Source: Torpedo marmorata
Lineage: Eukaryota
NCBI GenBank assembly: GCA_977017645.1
Contig: OZ360243.1
Location: forward strand, 44,206,001 to 44,270,000
Length of the DNA: 64,000 bases
Direction of reading: 5' to 3'
The position numbers were made by a program, and so were the translations under genes. Under the pieces are notes generated by a model, which was given only the letters and a program-made list of their open reading frames with translations, ran no database searches and was not told where the DNA came from. Positions within the stretch are counted from its first letter, which is position 1; each line of letters starts with the position of its first letter. Shown in pieces: positions 26,913-40,600 of this stretch.

Positions 26913-29900
26913 TTTTAAAAAAAATATTTTATTTAAAATTTTTAATCACACGAAAATACAATTTTACAAAATTCAAAATTATCAAAATACATGTGATATA
27001 TTTTCACCCTGCCCTCCCTCCCTTCCCCCTCCCTAAACTACCCACACCTACTACTCTAATAAAATAGAAAGAAAAGAAAAAAAAAAGAAAGAATAGAAAT
27101 GTGGAGAATGTCAATGTAGAAGATAAAACAACTATACATTAATTTTATTGTGGAACACAGGTTCGCCAGTTAGACCTGATGTCAAGAGATCTTCAAATCT
27201 TTAAACCCACAGTTTTTATATATGGGCTCTACACCTTCAAAAAGAAATGATATTTATTACGTAAATTATAAGTAATTTTTTCAAGTGGTATGCATGAACG
27301 AAGTTCTGCATGCCATCTTTCTAACCCTAAATCTGCATCAGATTTCCATGTAATAGCAATGCATTTCTTTGAGACAGCTAAAGCAATTTGCAAAAATTCT
27401 ATTTGGTACATATTTAATCTCATTTTAATACTAATTCTTTTAATATCTCCAAACAGAAATATCATAGGGTTCATTGGGAGTATAATTCTTTTTTTTTTTT
27501 TTAAATATTTTATTTAAAATTTTTAAATCACACAATACACAGTTTAAAACGCAAATTCCTCAAATTACATGTGATACATTTTCACCCCCCCTCCCCCCCC
27601 ACCCTCCCCTCCCTAACCCTCCCGAAAAGAAAGAAAGAAGAAGAAAAGGATAGAGTAAGGAGAATTTCAATCTAAAAAGAACAACTATAATCTGATCTTA
27701 TTGTGGAGGATAGGCTCGCCAGCCAGACCCGATGACCAGAGATCTTCAAATCCTTAAACCCACAATTTTTATATATGGGCTCCATACTTCCAAAAAGAAA
27801 TGATACTTATCACGTAAATTATATGTAATTTTTTCGAGTGGTATGCAAGAACGCAATTCTGCGTGCCATCTTTCCAACCCCGAATCTACATCCGACTTCC
27901 ATGTAGTGGCAATACATTTCTTAGAAACGGCCAACGCAACACGCAAAAACTCCGTCTGGTACATATTCAATTTCACTCCAACACTGGTTCCTTCAATATC
28001 TCCAAACAAAAATATCATAGGATCCATTGGAAGTGTAGTTCCTAATACTTTATCTAAAAGGTTTTTAACTTTCAACCAAAAATCATAAACTTTTGGACAA
28101 AACCATGTAGAATGTACAAAAGAACCTTCCTCTTTATTACATCTAAAACATAAACCAGATAATGTCGGATTAAATTTCTTTAGTCTTTTAGGTGTTAAAT
28201 ATAGTTGATGAAAAAAATTATATTGCACCAATCTATATCTAACATTAATAATCTTCGTCATACTTTGTTTACATAATTTTTTCCAGTGTTCTTCATCTAT
28301 TGTTATATTCAAATCTTTTTCCCAATTTAATCTTGATTTATGAATTCCTGTTTTAGGAAGTTTCCTCTGTAACAATCTGTACATTTGAGAAATAAATTTA
28401 GGCACACCTCCATTAGTAACTAATAATTCCAATTCAGTCTGCCTTGGTAAGATCAAGCCGCGGCCCAACCTTTCCCCTAAAAACGCCCTAATTTGATAAT
28501 AAGCAAAGATTGTATTATTTGCTACCCTAAATTTATCTTCCATTCTCTGAAACGTAATAAATTTACCAGCTTCAAAACAATCATTTATTTCCTTAATTCC
28601 CTTTTGGTACCAAATTTTAAATAGTTGATTATCAACAGTAAATGGAATAAGTTCATTTTGATATAGAGGCATTCTTCGAGAAATTGATCCTTTCGCTCCT
28701 ATTTCTCTATCCACTCTATTCCATATTTCTAGCAAGTGCCTAAAAATAGGAGAATTTTTCCCTCTTGTTAATAATAATTTAGAATTCCATTTATAAATGA
28801 CTTCTTCTTTCAAATCCTCTCCTATATTATTTAATTCTATTCTGATCCAAGCAGAGAGCTTCCCTAAATCAAACAATTCGTTAATAAATTTTAGTTGGGC
28901 TGCTTTATAATAATATTGAAAATTAGGAAGCTTTAGACCACCCATTTCGTAGTTCCAGATTAATTTCTCCAATCCTACTCTCGCCAACTTTCCTTTCCAC
29001 AAAAATGCCCTAATAATTAAATTCAAATCCTTAAAAAACTTCTGAGGGATTTCATAGGGAATGGATTGAAAAAGATACTGAATTCTCGGAAAAATGTTCA
29101 TTTTAATACAATTTACCCTTCCCATTAAAGTTATAGGCAAATCCTTCCATCTCTCCAAATCCTTTTTTATATTCACAAATAGTGGTAAATAATTTAATTT
29201 ATACAAATTGGATAATTTTGTATCAATCTTTATTCCCAAATACTTAATTCCTCCCTTTGCCCATTTAAATTGTGTAATTTCTTTACAATCGCTATAGTCC
29301 CCTTGTGTTAAAGGCATAATTTCACTTTTATCCGAGTTAATCTTGTAACCAGATAATCCCCCAAATTCTTTTAATAAAACAGCCAATTGTGTTAGAGAAT
29401 TAATAGGATTTGTCATATATATCAATACGTCATCTGCAAACAAACTAATTTTGTGTTCTTCCTTACCAACTTTAATACCTGCAATCTTACTATCTTGTCT
29501 AATTAATTCGGCTAAAGGTTCTATTGCTAAAACAAACAATGCTGGCGACAAAGGACAACCTTGTCTAGTAGATCTGGTTAAGGAAAATTTTGAAGATATT
29601 TGACCATTTGTGACCACTCTGGCAGACGGTTCTTTATATATAGTTTTAATCCAATTAATAAATGTATTTCCAAAACCAAATTTTTCCAATACCTTAAATA
29701 AATAATTCCACTCTAATCTATCAAAAGCCTTTTCGGCATCTAATGCTAATACTAATGACAGTTCTTCTCTTTGTCGTGCCACGTTTATTAGACTAATTAA
29801 TCTAGCGATATTATCTTTTGAATATCTGTTTCTAATAAAGCCTGCCTGATCTCCATGGACTAAGACTGGTAAGAACTTAGCCACTCTGTTTGCTAAAATT

Positions 29901-30612
29901 TTCGCCATTATTTTATCGTCCACATTTCACAACGATATTGGTCTATATGATTCTGTTCTCAACAAGTCTCTATCTCTTTTCGGTATAACTGTTATTAATG
30001 CATTGGTGAAGGATTCCGGTAGAGAATGGGTTTCCGTTATTTGTTTTAACACCTCCATATAAGGAGGGATCAATAAGTCCTTAAATTTCTTATAAAACTC
30101 TGATGGGAAACCATCCTCCCCCGGAGATTTGGGAGTATAATTCTTAATACTTTGTCTAAAAACTTTTTAACTTTCAACCAAAAAGCATGTATCTTTGGAC
30201 AAAGCCACGTAGAATGTACAAAAGAACCTTCTTCCCTATTACATCTGAAACATAAATCTGATAATCTCGAGTTAAATTTCTTTAATTTCTTAGGCGTTAA
30301 ATATAATTGATGCAAAAAATTATATTGTACTAACCTATATCTAACATTAAAAATTTTAGTCATTTTTTGTTTACATATTTCTTTCCAATGTTCCTCATCT
30401 ATTGTTATATTCAAATCTAATTCCCATTTTAATCTTGATTTATGAATTTCTGGTTTAGGCATTTTTTTCTGTAACAATCTATACATTTGAGAAATAAATT
30501 TATTTATACCCCCATTAGTAACTAGTAGCTCCAATTCACTTTGTCTTGGTAAAATTAAACTATGACCCAACTTTTCAACTAAAAATGCTCTTATTTGGTA
30601 ATAAGCAAAAGC
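26913..30612 (-). mobile_element. Short 5'-truncated L1 (pieces 26913-27490 and 30146-30612) hosting another L1
   Basis: TSD TGCCATG[A/C]TTTCC at 26900-26912 and 30613-30625. The ORF2 C-terminus is split between ORFs 30070-30684 and 27229-27474. Confidence 0.88.
27491..30128 (-). mobile_element. 5'-truncated L1 nested in the same orientation; 725-aa uninterrupted RT-to-C-terminus ORF (27746-29923)
   Basis: TSD TTGGGAGTATAATTCTT at 27474-27490 and 30129-30145, poly-A tail, LDAEKAFD, QGCPLSP and FADD motifs. Confidence 0.93.
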
Positions 30613-31129
30613 TGCCATGCTTTCCAAAACCTGGAAGACCCATCCAGCAACTTCCAAAGCAGTTTCATTCAGAGCAATCAGCATCTTATTTGAATGGCCT
30701 CATGGGAGAATATTAGCTTCCTGATTCTTGTGCTGCTTCTCTAAAACCCAGGTGGGTGGGTGAAAAGCAGTTTGAGAGTGGGTTAGAGACCGAAACACAG
30801 TGGATTTCAAATTCACCCAGTGAGTAGCCAATAAACTCTTTTTTTGCAGAATATCTTTAAAAATGGCATGCAAATCCAGCAAATAACAAAACATAATGAC
30901 TGGATTTTAATGACAGTGATGAACAAAGATGAGAGGGAAAGTGTTCATGATCGAATAAATACCTGACAGTGTCTTCTAAAGTCCATCTCTGCCAGTTGGA
31001 TAGAATTTAGAAACAATGCAAAATTGAAATTTTGGTTTAGAGTGGTGATAGAATCTGTGATGGAGTGTTCAATGAATGACGTTTTTGTGATTATTAGTTT
31101 ACATAATTAGTATAATTTAACATGCAATG

Positions 31130-31548
31130 TCAAGAAATTGAGAAAATCTACATGGAATGCTGCATGGATCCACACTACCCAGGACATGCTGTGCTCTCGC
31201 TTCTGCCATCAGGAAAGAGGTATAGATGCCACAAGACTTACACCACCAGGTTCAGGAACAGCTGCTACCCCTTCATCGTCAGACTCCTCAACAAAAACTC
31301 AATCAGAGACTCATTTAAGAACTCCTACTTTGCACGTTATTTATTATTGAATATTTATTTTCTGTATTGAACAGTTGGTTTGTTTGCATTTCTTTCTTTG
31401 TTTACATTTCTCTCTTTTGTATAGGTATTTTTCTTGAGTACAGTTTTTTGCACTACCGATAAGTAGAAATTCTGCCTGGCCTGCATGAAAAAGAATCTCA
31501 GGGTTGTATATGATGTCATGTAGTGCTCTGACAATAAATCTGAACTTT
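31130..31548 (+). mobile_element. Rex1/Babar-like LINE 3' fragment (second family)
   Basis: [20 protein letters not shown]; ends AATAAATCTGAACTTT. Same family as 57016-57600. Confidence 0.75.
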
Positions 31549-31607
31549 GGCTTGCAGAGTTACATTTTATTTAAAACATTTATTTTAATTTGTAGTAGTC
31601 ATTATTA

Positions 31608-34600
31608 ATTTTTTATTTTTTTTTTAAATTTTAAATATTTTATTTAAATTTTTAAATCACACATTACATAAAATAACTTGCATATAATTCTTAAGAAATA
31701 CATGTGATTACATTTTCTCCCCCCCTCATCCCACCCTCCCCTCCCTAACCCCTATACCCCCCTAATCTAATTAAAATATAAAATAATAATAGTAAAGGAA
31801 AAAGAGAAAAAGGAGATAGAAAGATAGAACGAGGAGTCAATAAGCTTAAAAAAAAACTAATATATCTTAGAGGTTGTTTCGCCGGTAGGTCTAATATCCA
31901 GAGAATTCACAATGTTAAACCCATAATCCTCGTATATGGGCACCAAATTTTCAAAAAAGAATGATATTTATTTCGTAAATTATAGGTAATTTTTTCCAAT
32001 GGCCGTAACTCTGCATGCCATCGTTCTAAATTTAAATCAACATCCGATTTCCAAGTAATAGCTATACATTTTTTTGAAATTGCTAATATTATACGTAAAA
32101 ATTCTACTTGATACATATTCAATTTATGTCTAATACTAAATTTTTTAATATCTCCAAATAAAAACAACATAGGATCCATTGCAATTTCAACATTAAAAAT
32201 TCTTTCTAAAAAATTCTTAACTTTCAACCAAAAATCTTGAATCTTTGAACATAACCATGTACAATGTACAAAAGATCCTATTTCAGTTTTACATCTAAAA
32301 CACGTATCTGATAACGCTGGGTTAAATTTCTTCAATTTTCTAGGTGTCAAATACAATTGATGAAAAAAATTTATATTGTACTAATCTATATCTCACATTA
32401 ATAACTTTTGTCATACTTAGTTTACATAAATCTTTCCAATGTTTTTCATCTATATTAACATTCAAATCTAATTCCCATTTCAGTCTAGACTTATGTTCTC
32501 CTACCTTAGACATCTTTCTTTGAAACAACTTATACATTTGTGATATAAATTTATTAACATTAACTTTGGTAATTAATAACTCCAATTCACTTTGTCTTGA
32601 TACTATTAATTCATTCCCTAATCTTTCAATCAAAAAAGCTCTAACTTGAAAATAAACTAACATTGTATTATCTAATATATTAAATTTTTCCTTTAACCTC
32701 TGAAAGGTAACAAATTTACCTGCTTCAAAACAATCTTTTAATGTCTTAACTCCCTTTAAAAACCATAACTTAAGTAATTGATTATCCATAGAAAATGGTA
32801 AAAGTGGATTCTGATATATTGGTGTATTTAAAGAAATTAATCCTTTTTGACCTATCTCCTTATCTACTTGCGACCAAATTTCCAACAGATGTTTAATAAT
32901 TGGTGTTTTTTTCTTTTTAAGTAATAATAATTTAGGATTCCATTTATAAATAATATCTTCTTTATGTATTTCTCCCATATTATTCAATTCTATATTAATC
33001 CAAGCAGAAGTTTTATTCAAATCAAAAAATTCATTAATAAATTTTAACTGAGCTACTTTATAATAATGTTGAAAATTAGGAAGTTGTAATCCTCCCATCT
33101 CATAATTCCATGTTAATTTATCTATACTTACTCTTGCTAACTTTCCTTTCCATAGAAATTTCCTAACAATAAATTTTAAATCTTTAAAAAATTTATTTGG
33201 AATACCATAAGGAATCGATTGAAAAAGATATTGAATTCTTGGAAAAACATTCATTTTAATACAATTTACTCTTCCCATCAACGTTATAGGTAAGTCTTTC
33301 CAAAGCTCTAAATCTTTTTTTATTTTAATAAATAAAGGTGTATAATTTAATTTATACAAATTTTCCAAATTTGTGTCTACTTTGACTCCCAAATATTTAA
33401 TACTCTCTGTAGTCCATTTAAAGTCTGTAACTTCTTTACATCTAGTATAATCCCCTTGTGATAGAGCCAAAATCTCACTTTTATCTGAGTTAATCTTATA
33501 TCCTGATATCTCACCATATTCTGTCAATATAATAGCCAATTGTTGAAGTGATGTAACAGATTTTGTCATATATATTAATACATCATCTGCAAACAAACTA
33601 ATCTTGTGCTCTTCCCTACCAACCTTTATTCCCATTATATTTGTATCTTCTCTAATCATTTCTGCTAAAGGTTCTATTACCAACACAAACAAAGCAGGTG
33701 ATAAAGGACATCCCTGTCGTGTTGATCTTGATAATAAAAACTTTTGCGATATCTGTCCATTTGTAACTACTTTAGCCGTAGGTTCCTTATATATAGTTTT
33801 AATCCAATTTATAAAATTATCTCCAAATCCAAATTTTTCCAAAACCTTAAATAAAAAATTCCACTCTACTCTATCAAATGCCTTCTCTGCATCCAGTGTT
33901 ACTACCAGTGGTAAATCTTGTTTCTTCTTATATACATTAATTAAGCTTAACAATCTAGCTATATTATCTTTCGAATATCTATTTTTAATAAATCCGGCTT
34001 GATCTGAATGTATTAAATGTGGTAGTAAACACGAAAATCTGTAGACACCGTAATAATGTAGTAAAAAACACAAATGCTGGAGACCTGCTGAGTTCTCCAG
34101 CATTTGTGTTTTTTATTAAATGTGGTAAACATTTAGCTAATCTATTTGCTAAAATTTTCGCCATTATCTTATAATCTACATTTAACAATGAAATAGGCCT
34201 ATAAAATTCTGTTTTTAATACATCTCTATCTTTCTTTGGTATAACCGTAATAATAGCATTTAAAAATGTCTTCGGTAATAAATGAGTTTCCTTAACTTGA
34301 TTCAATACCTCCATATACAAAGGTATCAATAAATCTTTAAATTCTTTATAAAATTCTACTGGAAATCCATCATCACCTGGAGATTTACCACTTCTCAACG
34401 TCGATATTGCTTCAGTAACTTCTCTCATCGTAAAAGGTAAATCCAAAGAATATTTACTTTGAACACTCAATTTAGGTAAAGTAATTTTAGATAAAAATCT
34501 ATTTATCTTCGTTTCATCTTGATCTGTCTCAGATCTATATAAATTCTGATAATATTCTTTAAAAGATTCATTTATTTCTTGTGGCTTATATGTTATTACC

Positions 34601-35428
34601 CCGGTATTTCTCTTCCTTATAGCATTAATTGTTTTAGAAACTTGCTCTTTTTTCAATTGCCATGATAACACCTTGTGTGCCTTTTCCCCTAGTTCATAAT
34701 ATCTTTGTTTTGTTCGTACTATCAATTTTTCAGTCTTACGCGTTTGCAATAAATTATAATGTAATTTCTTCCTTACTAAACGGTTCCTCTTAAGAATAGA
34801 CCGGTTTCTCTGTGAATCTTTTTCCATAATTTCAATCTCCTTCTCTAGTTTTTCTTCTCTCAAATAGTCTTTTTTTATCTTTACTGAAAAACTTATTATT
34901 AAACCTCTTAAATAAGCTTTCAAAGCTTCCCATACCATAAATTTATCATCTACCGAATTATTATTTACTCTTAAAAATTCCTGAATTTCTCGTCTCATAT
35001 ATTCACAAAAATCCTTCCTTTTCAATAATAAAGAATCAAATCTCCAGTTATAAATAGTTTTTTCTTTCTCTGGGATTGTACACGTCATTAATAAAGGTGA
35101 ATGATCCGAAATTATTCTTGCTTTATAAGATATCTGTGTTATTCTTTCCTGAAGTTGTGAAGACAATAAAAATAAATCTATCCTAGAAAAAGAATTATGT
35201 CTAAATGAGTAGAATGAATAGTCCTTCTCTCTAGGTTTTAATTTTCTCCAAATATCCACCAAATTTAAATCCTCCATCAAATTAACTATCTTCTTCACTA
35301 TTTTTGGTCTAACAGCTGTTTTGGAAGTTTTATCCATTATTGCATTTAAACAACAATTAAAATCACCACCAACTAAAATATTTTCTTTAGCATCTGATAA
35401 ATGTAAAAAAGCATCTTGAATAAACTGT
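31608..35428 (-). mobile_element. 5'-truncated L1 (most of ORF2)
   Basis: TSD TAGTCATTATTA at 31596-31607 and 35429-35440. ORFs 33985-35337, 32340-34103 and 31907-32356. Confidence 0.92.
34025..34113. mobile_element. 89-bp hairpin insertion (Penelope-terminus-like palindromic repeat) within L1 ORF2
   Basis: Flanked by the 14-bp direct repeat TATTAAATGTGGTA (34011-34024 and 34114-34127). Perfect 22-bp inverted arms at 34062-34083 and 34094-34115. Confidence 0.8.
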
Positions 35429-35802
35429 TAGTCATTATTAGTTTAAAACTATTGTGAACCATTAAAAATCTTATATGGAAAGGAATAGAATCTTTAAATT
35501 TTTAAAACATTGATTTCCACAGGACTAGCATAACAGATGAGTAAGCTTGAGACACACAGCTTACTGTAGTAAACTTCCTCCATTTGCAAATGCCCAGGTA
35601 ATGAAGCAGTTCATTCCTACATGCAGCAAGATCTGGTCAATTGTTGATTCCCCACTATCAACACTCTGAGAGTCTCTATCACTGGACCAATAGGTCAGAG
35701 GCTGGATATTCTATATCCTCACCTCTTAATTTCCCAGAGCCTTTCTAGCGCCCACAAGTCACTGGTCAGTAATTTTGTCCACTTCAACTCAGCAACTCTC
35801 AT

Positions 35803-36280
35803 GAAGTTCAAGTTTATTATCATCCGATTGTAGAAGTACAACCCGATGAAACAGCATTCTCCGGTCCTCGGTGTAAAAACATGCAAACACACATACAGAC
35901 ATAACACATATATAGACAAATGATACATATGCAGTACATATATAAAATAAATAAATATTGTTAAATAAGTAGTAGAGTCCCGGAGGGATTGTATGAGCAG
36001 TTCATCAGTCATTCAACAGTCTCACTGCCCATGGGAAGAAGCTGTTTCTCAGCCTGGTGGTGCTGGCTCTGATACTCATGTATCTCTTTCCTGACGGGAG
36101 TAGGTAAAAGATGCTGTGTGCAGGGTGGAAGGGGTCCTCAATGATTTTGCGACCCCCCCTTCAAACGATCCCGGTAGATCACGTTGATGGGGGAGTGGGG
36201 GGTGGGGCGGGAGGTAGGGAAACCCCAGTGATCCTCTCTGTGACTCTTATGGTCCTGTGGATTGACCTCCAATCCAATGC
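35803..36280 (-). mobile_element. Rex1/Babar-like LINE 3' fragment
   Basis: AAGTTCAAGTTTATT tail on the plus strand; degraded DP.HP...LPSGKRY region at 36080-36140. Confidence 0.65.
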
Positions 36281-37609
36281 TCTCAATATCACAAAGCAAA
36301 TCATCCATTACAAAAATCCACACCTCCACCACTGGCACAGAATCTCTATGGTATGTACCATCTACAAAATGTTCTCCAATAATTTAACAAAGGTCTGTTG
36401 GTATATTGTTAAGTCTAACTACTTGAACTTTCTCTCTCCACGCTATTGTGGGGATACTTTGACCAGAGGAACAGCAATTCAAGAAGGATTTTTCTATGTG
36501 CATAGGTTGTGCGGTAAGTGTGCCACAGAGGGAAGTGGTGAGAGAGAGATGCGATGACATTAACGGTTAACAGTAATGTGCAGGCCATGAAAATGTATTT
36601 TAAAAGTCTCACGTTTCAAATTTTATTTGAAAAATTTAAAAAAGATAATTGGTTTGTAGAATTGGAAAACATATGAGCCTCATTTATATTTGGCAAGTAG
36701 CGTTAACAGCTGAAGAGTTCAATTTCAAGAATTTTTCTTAAGTTTTACCATGGTTACCATATATACAGATATGACACTGACTTTCACTTGAAATGATACA
36801 AGGGGTGATAGCAGACTATAATTATATTGTTGTCAGACAAGAAAGTTAAGAAAAATGAAGCCCTCCGAACAAATTTAACATAAATTTTGTTTAGCTGATC
36901 AGCTTCACAATTCTTTATAAGTATTAATCAATATGATAGATAAATTATATAATAAATCTGTCATGTTTCTGTTCACCTTTAATGGACTGTATAAATGTTT
37001 AAAATGTGTGAAGGCAATTAGATCACCTGAAGTAGACTTCCTACCAACTGTACTAAACGACCACTGCTATAAAGCAGAAGCAAGCAGGAGTTAAAAGCTC
37101 TCATGAATAAAAGGATGATTGACCCTGTTGTCCAGGTTTACCAGCACCTCGGTGTCCTCAAGGTGGTCTTGCACCATCCGTAAAAAATAATTTAAATGGC
37201 TTTTCTTAAGCTGTATCGCATTCCTCACATCAAATCTGTGCATGTAAACAGTCAATTGGTTGAAAAGTGTGGATTTATAATACATTCTGTCACATACCAG
37301 ATCTTCCTTTGAATAGTTTAGCATGAAAAATTCCGCACACTGAGTTGAAAAGGACTGCGCATCATATCAAGAAAACTAACTGGAGCTTTTGATATGTTTT
37401 TAACTTGCATTGACCTTCATTTGGAAATCAAAAAGCATTCATATTTTATTCACAATTGCCTGTGATGTGAAACTAAGTGATGTGCACAGTAATGCTCCAA
37501 TGGTAAAAAATGGAAAGCAATTTTATCTCCCAGTGGGAGTCAGTATCTCTTAGACAGATGCCAGGTAGTTTAATTTAAAATACTTATTTTTACACAATTC
37601 ATTTGTTAT

Positions 37610-40600
37610 TTTTTTTTTTTTTAATATTTTATTTTAAATTTTGAATTTTCTCACAGTAGTACAACATACATAATATACATTATTAATTCCAGTAAATAAA
37701 AAACAGTTTGTATTACAGTGTATCTAACCCATCCCTTAACCCACCCTCTATAATACTGCTAAAAACTAAATACTAAAAACTAAAAGAAAAGAACAGAAAG
37801 GAAGGCATTGGTATTACTTATTAAAAAAAAACAACATCTGCACGGATCGCTGCTGGGTCCACGATTCGACGCGTGGCATTCAACAATATTTATTCTTTAA
37901 ATTTGAGAGAGTCAACAGGATCTAGGATGTAGAGCAACACATTTAAATATTCATACCTAATGATTGGATATATGGACGCCAAATTTGCAAAAATATCCCA
38001 TATTTGTTTCTCATGTTATATGTTATTTTTTCCAATGGAATACAACTCCGCATCTCTATATTCCATCTATCCATGCCTAAATTTGTATCTGATTTCCAAG
38101 TTACTGCTATACACTTCCTTGCTACTGCTAAAGCAATTTTTACAAATTTCAATGGATATGTAGATAACTTCAACTTTGGTCTAGTTCCTTCCACATTCCC
38201 TAATAAAAATAAATCAGGATTCTGTGGAAATGTAACACCTGTAATTTGTTTTAACCGGTTCCCTAACTCTATCCAAAAACATTTTACTTTAGGGCATAAC
38301 CATGTTGAATGTAGAAAGGTTCCCTCCTCTTCAACACATCTAAAACACTTATTTGATAATGTAGATTTTATCTTATTCAATTTTTGTGGTGTAAGATATA
38401 GTTGATGTAAAAAATTATACTGTACTAATCTATATCTTACATTAATAGTATTAGTCATACTATCTTGACATAAATCCGACCATCTTTTTTCATCAATTAT
38501 AACATTAAGATCTTGCTCCCATCTTTGTCTAGATTTATGAAGTCCTTGTTTTAAAACTCCCCTTTGCAACAAAGAATACATTATAGACGTAAATTTTTTA
38601 ATATTTCCTTTCCTAATAAGGGTTTCTACCTCACTACAATCTTGTAACAACATATCCGGACCTAGTTTCTCCCTTAAATGACCTCTTAATTGAAAATAAC
38701 AAAAAAGAGTATTATTGGGTATTCCATATTTAACCATATAACCATATATAACCATATAACAATTACAGCACGGAAACAGGCCATTAGGCCCTTCCAGTCC
38801 GCACCGAACCAAAACATTCCTATCTAGTCCCACCTACCTGCACCTTGCCCATAACCCTCCACTTCCCTCTCATCCATATACTTGTCCAACTTTTTCTTAA
38901 ATACTAAAATTGACTCTGCCGCCACTACTTCTCCAGGAAGCTCATTCCACACTGCTACCACTCTCTGAGTAAAGAAGTTCCCCCTCATGTTACCTCTAAA
39001 CCTCTGCCCCTTAACTCTTAGCTCATGTCCTCTTGTTTCAATCTCTCCTATTCTTAATGGAAATAGTCTATCCACATCCACTCTGTCTATCCCTTTCATA
39101 ATTTTAAATACCTCTATCAAATCCCCTCTCAACCTTCTACGCTCCAAAGAATAAAGACCTAATCTGCTCAATCTCTCCTTGTACTCTAAATTCTTAAACC
39201 CAGGTAACATTCTGGTAAACCTTCTCTGCACTCTCTCCACTTTGTTGATATCCTTCCTATAATTTGGCGACCAGAACTGCACACAGAACTCTAAATTAGG
39301 CCGCACCAAAGCCTTATATAATCTCAACATCACTTCCCAACTCCTATATTCTATGCATTGATTGATGAAGGCCAGCATACTAAAAGCCTTCTTCACCACC
39401 CTATTCACATGAGTTTCCACCTTCAGGGAACGATGCACCGTTATTCCTAAATCTTTCTGCTCTTCTGTATTCATCAATGCTCTCCCATTTACTACATATG
39501 TCCTGTTCTGATTCTTCTTTCCAAAATGAAGCACCTCACACTTATCAGCATTAAACTCCATCTGCCATTTTTCAGCCCACTTTTCTAAGCAGCCCAAATC
39601 CTTCTGCAATCCTTGAAAACCTTCTTCATTATCCACTATTCCACCTATCTTGGTATCATCTGCATATTTACTAATCCAGTTTACCACCCCATCATCTAGA
39701 TCATTGATATATATAACAAACAACAATGGGCCCAATACAGATCCCTGAGGCACACCGCTTGTCACGGGCTTCCAACCTGACAAACAATTATCCACTACCA
39801 CTCTCTGGCCTCTCCCCTCCAGCCAATGTTCAATCCATTTGACTATCTCAGAATCTATACCTAAAGACTGCACCTTCCTCACTAACCTTCCATGCAGAAC
39901 CTTATCAAAGGCCTTACTGAAGTCCATATAGACAACATCCACTGCACTACCCTCATCCACAGTCCTAGTCACCTCTTCAAAAAATTCAATCAGATTGGTC
40001 AAACAGGACCTTCCGCTCACAAATCCGTGTTGAGAGTTCCCGATCAGACCCTGCCTATCCAGATATTTATAAGTCCTATTCTGAGAACTTTCTCCATTAA
40101 TTTACCTACCACAGACGTCAAACTTACAGGCCGATAATTGCCAGGCTTCCTCCTTGAACCCTTTTTAAATAACGGAACCACATGCGCAATACGCCAATCC
40201 TCCGGCACTATCCCCGTCTCTAATGACATTTGGAAAATCGCCGTCAGAGCCTCTGCTATATCTTCACTTACTTCTCTCAAGGTCCTGGGGAAGATCCCGT
40301 CGGGTCCCGGAGACTTATCCACCTTTATATGCCTCAAAAGCCCTAACACTACATCTTTCGTAATCCCTATATTCTCCATATTTACCCCATTAGCTTTGTT
40401 TATCTTGCATATATTAATATCCTTCTCCTTGGTGAATACCGAAGAAAAGAAACTGTTCAATATCTCCCCCATTTCTCTAGGCTCCACACACAGTTTTCCG
40501 TTCTGATTCTCTAAGGGACCAATTTTGTCCCTTGCTTTCCTCTTACCATTAACGTATTTGTAAAAACCTTTTGGATTAACCTTCACCCTGCTTGCTATAG

